This document shows, one piece after another, positions 10,329 to 19,813 of a DNA stretch of 64,000 nt. Under the pieces are notes generated by a model. That model had not been told where the DNA came from. It made no database searches and was given only the letters and a program-made list of their open reading frames with translations. A program made the translations under genes and the position numbers. The stretch comes from a virus. Its lineage: Duplodnaviria; Caudoviricetes. The DNA lies in IMG/VR virus record IMGVR_UViG_3300034062_006701; one strand, 5' to 3'. Within the stretch, counting starts at the first letter, position 1. The number at the start of each line of letters is the position of its first letter.

Positions 10329-12050
10329 TTAATTTAGATATGCCCATCCTTGTTGCTGAAGATATGTGAGATCTGTTTGATCTGGCTCGTTACCTGTACT
10401 AATTAATATAGGCAGTGGAATTGCGTTGTCAGAGTCTCTCTCGTTACTATACATGGATGTAGGGTTAATAAAATATTTAATCCCATAGTCCATAGACTTA
10501 ATAACTTGCGGGCGCTTGTTGTCATCGAGCTCTACGATTTCATAATATTTTTCTGTAACTTCATTCTCTAAAATCATTAATGTCCAAATAAGACTCATAA
10601 CCCTATCATCGTGGCTATCACTACCTGACTTTGCAGCCCATGTACCGTTCGGGTATCTTACAAATCCCTTGAGTTCAGCTAATGTTTTTATGTCACGTAT
10701 ACGGACAACGTTAAGTTCATTAATCCAATAGCGCATATTAGTCACACCTTTGTATTTGGTGTTTGTATGCGCAACAACCCCAGGCTTGTTAAAAATTTTA
10801 TCACCGGCCTTTGAACCGTAATTTACAATATTTTCATATCTTAGGTTATTTTTTAGCTGATCTACAACCTGTGCACCGCAATTATTTCGTTCAATTAATG
10901 CCGGGGGGTTTCCCCAGTGTTGTAGAATTTCATGTAGTTTTGTTGTAAAATTGTATGGGCTAATGTTACGGTTATGGTAAATTGCAACCTGTTCTATATT
11001 ACGTAAATCGGTAATATCTAGAACCTGTACGACAGATGCAGCTTCACCGACACCCTCAGCTACATCGACACCAACTACATATAACCGCTCCTTATCTGGT
11101 TCTCTCCATAATAGATAATGTCCTTCATCAAACACAAATGTCGGCTCTGCGCATTCTGCCTTTAACTTTTCGAAGAATGCTTCGTCAATAGCGCTCTCAC
11201 CAGTTTGTAGGAAAGTATTGCCAAATTCTTGGTCAAACTTTTCTCTACTACCCATCTCGCGAATGGTTTTATTTTTCCATTTTTCATCTCTACCCGGCAC
11301 CTCCCACCAATCAACACGTTCTGCTTTCCACCCATTATGTTTTTCAGGGTCCTGCTCCATAGCTCCTGAATACAGATCATGAAATAAATTACCTGTGCCG
11401 TTTGGTGTACTAGCTACAAATATTTTTGATTTTTTAGATGAAGATATAATAGGGTATACAGATGCCCAAAATTCCTCTACTAAATGATTATCAATAAAGG
11501 CTAGCTCATCAAGTAAAACAACGTTTACAGAATCACCTCTACCTGCATCACTGCTTGTGGTACTGATACCAATACTCGACCCATTTGCTAAAGACATTGA
11601 TGTTTTACCATATTCAATGACACCTGGCTTTAAATAGTTCGGTAGTTTTTCATATGCCATTCTAACACGCTTAAAGATATTAATAGCGGTCGACTCTTTA
11701 TTTGCCACAATAAGCACGCGTTGATCTTCTTGGAAACAAACGATCCAAAGAGCGTAAATTGTGAAGAGAGTCGTTTTACCACTCTGTCTACTTGATAACA
11801 TACACACAAACCGACTGTCACGTAGTGATCGGAGAATTCTCTTTTGATATAAATGAAGCTGAATCTTTATTTTACCTTGATCGAGATTAGTAATATAAAA
11901 GAAGTTCTCTGCAAAATATAAAATGTTTTTTTTACATTTTTCAATATCCTTAACCCATTCAGGGTTTGCACCATAATCAAACATTGCGTCTGGTGTCGGT
12001 AGACTTTCATTACCTAGATAAAACTGCTGTTTCTCTTTTTTATTAGCCAT
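10329..12050 (-). CDS. gp17: Terminase large subunit
   Basis: 'SRQSGKTT' Walker A, 'VLLDELAF' Walker B, 'ASTPNG' motif, RNase H nuclease 'VGVDVAEG' and 'HDDRVMSL'; start moved to MANKK (12050). Confidence 0.97.
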   Translation of the reverse strand: MANKKEKQQFYLGNESLPTPDAMFDYGANPEWVKDIEKCKKNILYFAENFFYITNLDQGKIKIQLHLYQKRILRSLRDSRFVCMLSSRQSGKTTLFTIYALWIVCFQEDQRVLIVANKESTAINIFKRVRMAYEKLPNYLKPGVIEYGKTSMSLANGSSIGISTTSSDAGRGDSVNVVLLDELAFIDNHLVEEFWASVYPIISSSKKSKIFVASTPNGTGNLFHDLYSGAMEQDPEKHNGWKAERVDWWEVPGRDEKWKNKTIREMGSREKFDQEFGNTFLQTGESAIDEAFFEKLKAECAEPTFVFDEGHYLLWREPDKERLYVVGVDVAEGVGEAASVVQVLDITDLRNIEQVAIYHNRNISPYNFTTKLHEILQHWGNPPALIERNNCGAQVVDQLKNNLRYENIVNYGSKAGDKIFNKPGVVAHTNTKYKGVTNMRYWINELNVVRIRDIKTLAELKGFVRYPNGTWAAKSGSDSHDDRVMSLIWTLMILENEVTEKYYEIVELDDNKRPQVIKSMDYGIKYFINPTSMYSNERDSDNAIPLPILISTGNEPDQTDLTYLQQQGWAYLN

Positions 12051-12073
12051 TTGATATAAATAATTAAGCATTT

Positions 12074-12949
12074 ATGAACAAAACACGCAATCTCGTTGAA
12101 ATGGGTGAATTTTATTCTTCAACCGTACTTACAGAGTCTAAGAAGAACAGCCAGTCTAAATTCCCTGGCAAGGATACATTTACAAAGCCTGGTAAGACTG
12201 TCGATGCAGAAACAGTAAAGACAGGAAAAGCATTTAATGATGCAGGTCCTGTCCGCAACAACAAAGAAGCTCTCGTAAAGGCGCAGGAGCCTGTTGCCGT
12301 GAAAGATAAGGAAACATTTACAGGTGTGGAAAATTTTTCTCAAGTATCTGGAAAAAAATTAAAGGAGAATATAAATACTTTTATGAACAAATCTATTTTT
12401 GATCGCTTATACGAGGACGTAATGTCCGATAACATTAATTCACCAGCTGATCTCGAACAGGCTGACGCAGAGGCTCTTGAGCTTCCTGGTACAGAGGTTG
12501 AGGAAGGCGAAGTAACAATCACACTTGATCGCGAGCTCGCAAAGAAGCTTCATGACGTTCTTATGACCGTTCTTGACTCAGAAGAAGAAGCGCCTGAGAC
12601 TGAAGAAGAAGGTGCACCTGAAGAGGGTGAAATCTCTGATGAGGCAGCTGAAGATGAGCATGAAGATGAAGAGCATGAAGATGAAGAGCATAAGGCAAAG
12701 TATGAAGCAACTGAACTCACTGAGCTTCCAGCTAGCAAAGGTCACTCTTTAACAGGTAAGAGCAACAAGGTTCACGGTACAGCTACAAGTCTTGTATCAA
12801 AGGGTGAGGGTGAAGGCAAGGTTAAGGGTGAAATCGATGCAAAGGGCTCTGATCTTAGCGACAGCAAGGGTCATTCCTTAACAAGCAAGAACAATAAGGT
12901 TACATCAAAGACATCCAAAGTTGGATCATACCTCGCGGGTCTTAAGTAA
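12074..12949 (+). CDS. Acidic late protein, possible prohead core/scaffold-type component
   Basis: TATAAATA at 12055-12062; E/D-rich centre, K-rich ends; strong terminator follows. Confidence 0.5.
   Translation: MNKTRNLVEMGEFYSSTVLTESKKNSQSKFPGKDTFTKPGKTVDAETVKTGKAFNDAGPVRNNKEALVKAQEPVAVKDKETFTGVENFSQVSGKKLKENINTFMNKSIFDRLYEDVMSDNINSPADLEQADAEALELPGTEVEEGEVTITLDRELAKKLHDVLMTVLDSEEEAPETEEEGAPEEGEISDEAAEDEHEDEEHEDEEHKAKYEATELTELPASKGHSLTGKSNKVHGTATSLVSKGEGEGKVKGEIDAKGSDLSDSKGHSLTSKNNKVTSKTSKVGSYLAGLK
12370..12377 (+). promoter_or_regulatory. Intragenic late promoter TATAAATA
   Basis: Exact consensus 5 nt upstream of an in-frame ATG. Confidence 0.6.
12383..12949 (+). CDS. Putative nested in-frame short isoform (from Met104)
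   Basis: Perfect TATAAATA at 12370-12377, then 5 nt, then an in-frame ATG; AGGAG also upstream at 12363-12367. Confidence 0.5.
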   Translation: MNKSIFDRLYEDVMSDNINSPADLEQADAEALELPGTEVEEGEVTITLDRELAKKLHDVLMTVLDSEEEAPETEEEGAPEEGEISDEAAEDEHEDEEHEDEEHKAKYEATELTELPASKGHSLTGKSNKVHGTATSLVSKGEGEGKVKGEIDAKGSDLSDSKGHSLTSKNNKVTSKTSKVGSYLAGLK

Positions 12950-12975
12950 TATTAACAAAAAATAGATTATAAATT

Positions 12976-13007
12976 AAAAGGGCCTTAGCAATAAGGCCCT
13001 TTTTTTT
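12976..13007 (+). terminator. Rho-independent terminator
   Basis: GGGCCTTA-GCAA-TAAGGCCC stem-loop followed by T8; A4 on the 5' side. Confidence 0.9.
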
Positions 13008-13021
13008 GCTTAAATACTTAC

Positions 13022-13402
13022 GTGAATAGTTTCAAAGTTTTTTTTGAGCGTAATAACTTTAACCCGAACATAAACAGTAAGGGTGATTTTGTAAAATCTA
13101 GGCATCTAAATATTACAGGTGTTCCTGATCATAGTCCCACCAGTCGTCAATCAAAGAATGTAGCTAAATTTGTGCCTGATAGTCATCGCACTATACATTC
13201 CAATAATAAACTCAAAGCATTACTTAACAATGGTAGCACAGCACCGGTGAAGATAACTGACGCTGATGTCCGTCAAATTGAAGCAGAATTTCCACCGGTT
13301 AAATACGATCCAAGCAAACCAAAAAAGCTTGGCAATACAGGTGTAGTTCTAAGATATGATCATGCACTTAATAGCCCTGTAATCGAAAAGCCTGCCACAT
13401 AA
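13022..13402 (+). CDS. Hypothetical late protein
   Basis: TAAATA 5 nt upstream of the GTG; N-terminus MNSFKVFFE. Confidence 0.7.
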   Translation: MNSFKVFFERNNFNPNINSKGDFVKSRHLNITGVPDHSPTSRQSKNVAKFVPDSHRTIHSNNKLKALLNNGSTAPVKITDADVRQIEAEFPPVKYDPSKPKKLGNTGVVLRYDHALNSPVIEKPAT

Positions 13403-14136
13403 TGAGTACTATAACAAAAGAATATTACACAGGTGATCCTGAGCCAAAGGTATATCCTCTTACATTTGAGGATAATACTTGCTTCCGTTATACTGACAAA
13501 GAAAATAACGCAAGTGAGCGTATTATATATTCTAATTACTGGCGTGAACAGATTAACCTCTACGGACAAAAAATACAATACTATGTAAATACGTTTAGCA
13601 CGCTTTCTGCGGACATGCTTTACGGTGAACAACCAACACAACAATTTGCACCGCCGCTTCCACTCATTATTGCAGTTAACCTTAATGAGAATGCTCTCAT
13701 GCTTAGTAAATACGGTCTATTATCAGAAGATGAAGTTACTGCATTTGTTCATATTAGTGCTTTTTATGATCGCTTTGGCTGGGGAAGAGAACCGAAGTCT
13801 GGCGATGTATTTCAGTTATCAGAATACGGGAGTGATAGACCGGGTGGCAGAGATGGTAGGTTTTACGAAATTACTGAACGCCTCGATCAGGATATTGCTC
13901 AAATAAATCCTTTAGCCGGTCATTACGTCTGGCTAATAAAGGCAAAACGGTTTGAATGGTCCTTTGAGCCTGGTTTATCAGGAAGCGCAGTTAATCAACA
14001 GGTGTATGATGATACACTTGCCCCTGGTGTTCTAGGTGCACAGAAGCCATACACGTTTGATGTAAATCAGGCATCTCGCAATATTTTCGACTACACGCAG
14101 ACCGATTATAGTGATGTGTACGGCGGGTACATGTAA
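13402..14136 (+). CDS. gp14: Neck (head-tail connector) protein
   Basis: 'EQINLYGQKIQYY...YGE...LSKYGLLSEDEVT...EPKSGD...FYEIT...YVW.IKAKRFE' gp14 pattern. Confidence 0.8.
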   Translation: MSTITKEYYTGDPEPKVYPLTFEDNTCFRYTDKENNASERIIYSNYWREQINLYGQKIQYYVNTFSTLSADMLYGEQPTQQFAPPLPLIIAVNLNENALMLSKYGLLSEDEVTAFVHISAFYDRFGWGREPKSGDVFQLSEYGSDRPGGRDGRFYEITERLDQDIAQINPLAGHYVWLIKAKRFEWSFEPGLSGSAVNQQVYDDTLAPGVLGAQKPYTFDVNQASRNIFDYTQTDYSDVYGGYM

Positions 14137-14415
14137 TTAAATGTCGTTACTTCTCGATGCATAACGAGCATCATAATCAGGCAAAATTTCATTACGCAGC
14201 CCTGCAATAAATAGATCAGCTTCACGCGCAGAATTAAATTGCATTTCAACGTTGCTTTTATCTGCACCTGTGAATGTGTACTGTAGACCTGTATCACAGC
14301 TCTTGATTGTAGCTAAGCGATATGCAGTGTTTACTGAAAATACGTTTTCTTTTGATTTGTAGCCGCGTTTTGGATCTGGTTTTACGCTAAAGCTAGTGCC
14401 TGTGATGTAGTGCAT
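14137..14415 (-). CDS. Hypothetical protein
   Basis: ORF in a tightly overlapping minus-strand run. Confidence 0.6.
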   Translation of the reverse strand: MHYITGTSFSVKPDPKRGYKSKENVFSVNTAYRLATIKSCDTGLQYTFTGADKSNVEMQFNSAREADLFIAGLRNEILPDYDARYASRSNDI

Positions 14416-14693
14416 GGTATACGGACGTTATTAATTTCTTTAATACGTTCAATCTCTTCTAAATCAGATTTCATAGAAAGAAAACGCTCATCGATATATT
14501 TCTGAAACGCTAAGGGCTTAATCCAATCTATATCATTACCTGGAGAACGTCGTTTGAGTTGCTCCACTCTCTTCCCAACAAGATCAATTCCTTCTAGCAG
14601 ACAAAGCCATCTTGCGTATTCATCATACGACATGCTGTGTTGGCTTGCTTCAACTTCTACATTACTTGTTCTTTTTGACGATATCGATTGCAT
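14382..14693 (-). CDS. Hypothetical protein
   Basis: ORF overlapping both neighbours; 'WIKPLAFQKYIDERF' looks protein-like. Confidence 0.6.
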   Translation of the reverse strand: MQSISSKRTSNVEVEASQHSMSYDEYARWLCLLEGIDLVGKRVEQLKRRSPGNDIDWIKPLAFQKYIDERFLSMKSDLEEIERIKEINNVRIPCTTSQALALA

Positions 14694-15105
14694 ATCCGAG
14701 TATTATGTAGGAAAATTTAAGAACGTCAATAATATTCTCACTCTTATTCAAAGTACATGTCAATGTATGTAATGATGTAAGATTACCAATGATACTAATA
14801 ATATTTTTTTTGTATGTATTAACGATTTCTGGTTTTATATCTTCATTTATTTTACTTTCAGCTATCGCTTTAATCATAGTCTCACAATAAAGATGTAAGA
14901 GATTATTAATGTAATTAATACCTGCTGTGTCTTTTTTATAGAAAGCTAATCCTTCTTCTAATGATTTATAATATTGAGACGGTGTTATCTGTCGTATACG
15001 ACTCTCTATTTCGTTAAATGAAACGGTGCTTTCAGACGACTGAGGGATAAACGGATCTGATACTCTATCAACCGTTAATTCATTAATACTATCGGGTATG
15101 TTCAT
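14662..15105 (-). CDS. Hypothetical protein
   Basis: ATGA overlap with the upstream gene. Confidence 0.6.
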   Translation of the reverse strand: MNIPDSINELTVDRVSDPFIPQSSESTVSFNEIESRIRQITPSQYYKSLEEGLAFYKKDTAGINYINNLLHLYCETMIKAIAESKINEDIKPEIVNTYKKNIISIIGNLTSLHTLTCTLNKSENIIDVLKFSYIILGYAIDIVKKNK

Positions 15106-15515
15106 ACTTTACTGTTGGGAATAGGAGGTAACTCTATATTTGCAATAGTTTCTGTAATTAACGCTGTCTCAGGCACTATATATACACCGATATGTTTCGT
15201 GCAGTGATTGCATTTATATGAATTATTTGTGTTGAGAACGATAGGTACATACTCTGTTTTCTTGAGAGAACATGGGCATGTGACTTCGAGTCCCTGTAAG
15301 GAGAATTCCTTTATACGCTCATTTTCGAGTTGTTTATTTTTTAGTTGTACTACAGCCTCGAGACATAGGATAAATGCATAATACAAACCAAACTGGCTAA
15401 TGATACACGCCAAGAACCCCATTACAGCACTTATACCGAGCTGTTGTAATATTATTGAACCTACAGTCGCGACAGTGAGTAGTATTAAAATTTGTGTGAT
15501 GAATCTAGCTGCCAT
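15102..15515 (-). CDS. Membrane protein with CxC/CxxC zinc-ribbon motif
   Basis: Two hydrophobic N-terminal segments; 'VTCPCS...YKCNHC'. Confidence 0.6.
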   Translation of the reverse strand: MAARFITQILILLTVATVGSIILQQLGISAVMGFLACIISQFGLYYAFILCLEAVVQLKNKQLENERIKEFSLQGLEVTCPCSLKKTEYVPIVLNTNNSYKCNHCTKHIGVYIVPETALITETIANIELPPIPNSKV

Positions 15516-15543
15516 TATCTATTAATATAGATCATTTAATCAA

Positions 15544-15918
15544 TTAATCAAGACCGTCTTTTAATACAGTGAATATCTTTTTTAGTTCTGTGAGTGAATT
15601 ATTGAGACAGTCAATTACGCTTTTAATCTCGGCAACAGCTTTATCGTCTTCTTTGATGTTCGGGTTATTAAGAGCTGTTTTAAACATGTTTACACAGTTA
15701 CTGTGATTTGTCATTAAATCACCTAGAACGGGAACGACATTAGGCAGTGGGTACGCTAGTAAGTCATCTGCCTTTGAATTGTTAGGGCTCTGATCAGATA
15801 TATTACCAAACAGGTCTTTGAATTTCGTGCGCTGAGCGCTAAATTCACGACTTGCTTGTCCGGAAACCCATTTATTATAGTACGATACTGTATCCTCAAA
15901 TAGAACCTTCTTTTTCAT
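15544..15918 (-). CDS. Hypothetical late protein
   Basis: TAAATA 7 nt upstream of the ATG. Confidence 0.65.
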   Translation of the reverse strand: MKKKVLFEDTVSYYNKWVSGQASREFSAQRTKFKDLFGNISDQSPNNSKADDLLAYPLPNVVPVLGDLMTNHSNCVNMFKTALNNPNIKEDDKAVAEIKSVIDCLNNSLTELKKIFTVLKDGLD

Positions 15919-15925
15919 GTGAAAT

Positions 15926-15947
15926 TATTTAATCGCTGCAATAAATA
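15926..15947. promoter_or_regulatory. Back-to-back late promoters
   Basis: TAAATA on the minus strand (15926-15931) and the plus strand (15942-15947), 7 and 5 nt from their starts. Confidence 0.75.
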
Positions 15948-15952
15948 CTATT

Positions 15953-16354
15953 ATGAGTTATTTTAAGTCAAGATTCGACTATATTTTAGAGGCTGACAGT
16001 GAAGAAGCGCCGGTGCCTTCAACGGACCGTGAAGCAATGGCTCAGCAACTTGATACAGCGGCTCCTGAAGATCTCGACGTACGGCCTGCCGAAAGAGCCG
16101 CACGAATTGATCACTCAAAATTAGAACAAGCTAATGCTCTTAACGATTGGATTAAACAGATAGATGTGTTTATAAATTTTTTAAACGGTACAGACAGCAC
16201 ATCAATACAATCTCAACTACACGCTGCGTCTTGTGATACAATGTTTGAAGATATAGCGAGAAGTGAAAAAAAGAAAATTGCACGTCTTGCTGCTGAACTT
16301 AGCTCGCTTAGTGAGTCTTTCAAAGGTTATCTTATTTCATCAAACGATCGCTGA
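15953..16354 (+). CDS. Hypothetical late protein, putative internal head protein
   Basis: TAAATA 5 nt upstream; N-terminus MSYFKSRFDYILE-AD. Confidence 0.65.
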   Translation: MSYFKSRFDYILEADSEEAPVPSTDREAMAQQLDTAAPEDLDVRPAERAARIDHSKLEQANALNDWIKQIDVFINFLNGTDSTSIQSQLHAASCDTMFEDIARSEKKKIARLAAELSSLSESFKGYLISSNDR

Positions 16355-17371
16355 TAACATCAGCTTTGCTTTTAACCCGTTGTGTGAGTTTCTTATAAAG
16401 AAATCAGGCGATATTTGGTTAATGTTTGCAGCTATACAAACATCATTTATATCCTTATAAGATTTACCAATTTTTTCCGGCCACATAAATACAGTCTCAC
16501 CGTTATCTATTAATTTTTTAGTTTTCAATTTACTTGCTTTATCCAGCCATTGGCTGTCTAATACCCATATTCTTTTATGGAATTTGAGATTATTGATTTG
16601 CGATTCCTGAATACCTGAAAACATTTTATCGCTCTTTTCTTGTATACCTGCAACAGCTGTACCGTTTTTCACAAAAAAAGCATCTATCGGACCCTCAAAT
16701 ATAAAAATATATTCAAGATCGGCTGTTATTTCATTAATGTTGTAGAGAGACTTGTCACCGTTTATTTTGCTCAAATATTTCGGTGTCTTGTCTAAATTAG
16801 ATTTAATAATTGTTCTAGATTGATAGAAGGTAATTTCATCTTCGGTGTTGTAAAACGGTATTACAAGACGATTCTTATGCACTTTATCAGTTAAAGAAAT
16901 CCATAATGACCTTGGTCTATTAATAGCGGTATCGAGCTTACGCCGTTGTATTAATTCAATTGCCTCTTTAACTACGTGATTGTCTCTATGGTATTCCACC
17001 TGCATTGGATCAAAGAGATTAATGCAATCAAGAGGTAGCTTGTGCTCATGTTTCTCAGTTATACCTACAGGTTCTTCACGCGAGATATCTACAGGTAATA
17101 CATCATAGGTATTAATTTCATTGAGTATCTCCCTATAAGTCTGACCAGATAACTCCTGTATCCATTTTACCGGGTTACTGTACCAACCACAATTGTGACA
17201 ACAAATTACATTATCTTTCGTTAGATAGTAACATCTACGCTTCTTAAGCCAGGAGTTACCTTCACGACAAATAGGACATGAGCCTTGATACGTATGATTA
17301 TACCCATTGTGCTTTACACCACCTGAGTATGTATAAAACTTCTGTACAACGTATTCTTGAGGTATAGTCAC
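16340..17371 (-). CDS. gp61: DNA primase
   Basis: Zinc finger 'CPIC..G...CCHNCG'; TOPRIM 'IFIFEGPIDAFF', 'WVLDS', 'KDIND'. Confidence 0.93.
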   Translation of the reverse strand: MTIPQEYVVQKFYTYSGGVKHNGYNHTYQGSCPICREGNSWLKKRRCYYLTKDNVICCHNCGWYSNPVKWIQELSGQTYREILNEINTYDVLPVDISREEPVGITEKHEHKLPLDCINLFDPMQVEYHRDNHVVKEAIELIQRRKLDTAINRPRSLWISLTDKVHKNRLVIPFYNTEDEITFYQSRTIIKSNLDKTPKYLSKINGDKSLYNINEITADLEYIFIFEGPIDAFFVKNGTAVAGIQEKSDKMFSGIQESQINNLKFHKRIWVLDSQWLDKASKLKTKKLIDNGETVFMWPEKIGKSYKDINDVCIAANINQISPDFFIRNSHNGLKAKLMLSAIV

Positions 17372-17409
17372 AAATATAATTTTATATTATATTTGCAAAG
17401 ATAACAAGT

Positions 17410-17595
17410 CTATTTTTTGGTTTCTGAAATATCTCTTACAGAGACAATACCTTTACGAATAAAGGATCCAGAGGCGGGGTCAATATATTCTGCTTCAACG
17501 ATTTCTTGTTGATTGCGAATATATGTCTTAAGTCTCGGCTTAACGGGTTCACCGCTAATAGGTGATTGAATAATCTTCGGTTGAATTAGATCCAT
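17410..17595 (-). CDS. Small hypothetical late protein
   Basis: TAAATA 5 nt upstream of the ATG. Confidence 0.65.
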   Translation of the reverse strand: MDLIQPKIIQSPISGEPVKPRLKTYIRNQQEIVEAEYIDPASGSFIRKGIVSVRDISETKK

Positions 17596-17603
17596 GTAAT
17601 TAT

Positions 17604-17915
17604 TTAATCTTCACTGCGTTTCGATTCAACTTTGTTTTTTTTGTGTTGTAGCTTACAGGTCGCATAAACGTATCTGGGTAACCTCTCAACGACCTCGAGT
17701 ATATGCTCACTAATACCTATTACAAATTTCTCGTGCGAGATTACTCTGTTCTTCATATCAGGTAATGATAGGAAAGAATGTTCATCCTTCACATCTTCGA
17801 TGTATACCAGTAACTCACCGAGTAGCGCACCTTTAGTAACAGCATAAATATAGCCTGGATGCGGCTTTTTATTTTTCTTAAAAAGATTCTTAACCTTGTT
17901 CGCTAGTGTCTTCAT
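17604..17915 (-). CDS. Hypothetical protein
   Basis: ORF in a packed operon. Confidence 0.6.
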   Translation of the reverse strand: MKTLANKVKNLFKKNKKPHPGYIYAVTKGALLGELLVYIEDVKDEHSFLSLPDMKNRVISHEKFVIGISEHILEVVERLPRYVYATCKLQHKKNKVESKRSED

Positions 17916-18225
17916 CTATGTGATGATTATGAAAATATTTGTTAATTAACGTCACTAGTGAGTCTGCTTCTTGTTGATTCCGCGCCGATATACAGTGTAT
18001 TGGTTCGCCGTCAAATGTATACCCAAGGATCATAAACGAAGATAAAAACTCCTCTACGACTGAAGAGAGTGTGCGCAAGTCTTTTTTAACGATAGATTCA
18101 TTTTTAAGCTTTTCCTGTAAAGAAGCAGCCATGGCTTGCTTAATTAGCTCTTTCGCTTGAGGATCAAGACTCGTGTCAAATTTCTTTAATTTTGTTTTTT
18201 TATTCTGCTTCTTGTCGCTCATCAT
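17890..18225 (-). CDS. Hypothetical protein
   Basis: TAAATA 3-6 nt upstream of tandem ATGs. Confidence 0.65.
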   Translation of the reverse strand: MMSDKKQNKKTKLKKFDTSLDPQAKELIKQAMAASLQEKLKNESIVKKDLRTLSSVVEEFLSSFMILGYTFDGEPIHCISARNQQEADSLVTLINKYFHNHHIDEDTSEQG

Positions 18226-18574
18226 TATTATTTAATCCCTTCGATATGTATCTAGAGCGACCGTGGTACACCGCGTTATTACAAACACCGTGTGAGAGAA
18301 GGTAGTCAATAATAACTTCAATGCTGTCTGTTTTTATACTAAAATTTTTCGGAATACGTGCACCACCGTCGTTTAATTCAAATAAGATCTCACCGAGGTC
18401 ATTCTTGTTATTATAGCATGTTATAATAACGGAGCTCTCACTAGGGTTAACCATTATTGTCCATCTACGGGGATCGCTTTTTGCATAAACGGAGAATAAG
18501 CGTAATACGATAAATCCATTGTCGCGTAAACGTTTAATAAAATAGCTAGGTGTTTTTATTTTGTTGTTACTCAT
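18200..18574 (-). CDS. Hypothetical protein
   Basis: Globular-looking ORF directly downstream of the clamp gene. Confidence 0.65.
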   Translation of the reverse strand: MSNNKIKTPSYFIKRLRDNGFIVLRLFSVYAKSDPRRWTIMVNPSESSVIITCYNNKNDLGEILFELNDGGARIPKNFSIKTDSIEVIIDYLLSHGVCNNAVYHGRSRYISKGLNNNDERQEAE

Positions 18575-18581
18575 ATGTATA

Positions 18582-19316
18582 TTAGTTTTGTAACGCAGAT
18601 GCTATAAATTTAATTTTAGTATTATCTGTGTCTGATGTGAGGATTAATAATCCACGCTTTGATGCAATATCGACTGCTAGAGTTTTAAACTTCACACTAG
18701 AAATTATTCTAAATAATTCAAAATTCAAGGGTATATGTAAATTTATTTGTTCTCCAGTAAAATCTGTTGATATTTTAATCCCATATGAATCTGTATTAGC
18801 GCGAGACTTATCTGTTAATTCTCCGTACACATCACCGTCTTTAAATGATAGATAAATTTTATTTGTTTCTGTAGCTATTGAACTACCTTTAATAAGAGAG
18901 CCTAAGGATATATGTGATATGGTAAATCTACCATCATATGGCATATCCGCCAATTTATCAAAATTAATCTGTTTCGATGTTTTGATAATATTGTCTTCAT
19001 AAAGATGATACTTAAACTTAACATCTGAAGAGGTATAACTAATATTATTAAGAGATACATCTAGATCACAACTCGATTCTTCAATGCATGATAGCACACG
19101 GCACAGCTTTTTAACATCAGGTATGTTAAGGTTTTTTTGGCTTTCAAACCCAATATTAGTGTACTCTAAATACACAACAAGAGTATTATCACTCGTTGTT
19201 ATAATAGCAGAAACCTTATTTGGTGTTAGCTTTAATACAGCGCTATCTGCAACTCTGCTCACAGGTGCGAGGAAATTAGTTAAAAATTCTTCTCGGTTTT
19301 TTAAATTAAAAATCAT
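18582..19316 (-). CDS. gp45: Sliding clamp
   Basis: 244 aa beta-rich clamp-like pattern ('LNIPDVKKL..VL', 'KFKYHL', 'FIASAL') in the replication cluster. Confidence 0.75.
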   Translation of the reverse strand: MIFNLKNREEFLTNFLAPVSRVADSAVLKLTPNKVSAIITTSDNTLVVYLEYTNIGFESQKNLNIPDVKKLCRVLSCIEESSCDLDVSLNNISYTSSDVKFKYHLYEDNIIKTSKQINFDKLADMPYDGRFTISHISLGSLIKGSSIATETNKIYLSFKDGDVYGELTDKSRANTDSYGIKISTDFTGEQINLHIPLNFELFRIISSVKFKTLAVDIASKRGLLILTSDTDNTKIKFIASALQN

Positions 19317-19321
19317 GATTT

Positions 19322-19350
19322 ATTATAAATTAATCTTGTAATAAAATCAA
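19322..19350 (-). promoter_or_regulatory. Sigma70-type early promoter (gp45)
   Basis: TTGATT-17-TATAAT, 5 nt upstream of the ATG. Confidence 0.8.
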
Positions 19351-19363
19351 TTAGTTTGATTAG

Positions 19364-19813
19364 TCAGCTACCTTCTTTCTTACTGTTAAGAATTGACTTG
19401 ATATCTGTCTGTAGCTTTAATATCGTTTCTATTTTTTTCTCTATTGATTCAATACGCTCAAATACTTGTATGGTATATGGGTTATTATTGAAATCAAATT
19501 CAAGTTGATTCTTATCCTTTTCTTGCGTTGTAACTGGTACAGGTAGCGACGGCACGGCAATTGGAGTAAGTTGTGGGTGTTGTGTAACAGGTACGTTTTC
19601 TATCTGGGGTACATGTTGTATCTGTTGAGAGGGTGCTGGAGGAGCGATTGAGTTCAACACAGCATGTGGATTAAGAACCATGCCATTTAGTGTATTCGTC
19701 TTCGTAATTAGATTTTTATCTAATTCCTTTAGCTCACCCATGTTTTGACCCATAAACTGAAGCGTTAAGTACTTCAGTTCATCGGGTGATAGATTATCAT
19801 TAAATGTATCCAT
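19364..19813 (-). CDS. Hypothetical protein with QLEFDF motif
   Basis: Between gp32 and gp45; Pro/Gln-rich linker, then QLEFDF, then a coiled coil. Confidence 0.65.
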   Translation of the reverse strand: MDTFNDNLSPDELKYLTLQFMGQNMGELKELDKNLITKTNTLNGMVLNPHAVLNSIAPPAPSQQIQHVPQIENVPVTQHPQLTPIAVPSLPVPVTTQEKDKNQLEFDFNNNPYTIQVFERIESIEKKIETILKLQTDIKSILNSKKEGS

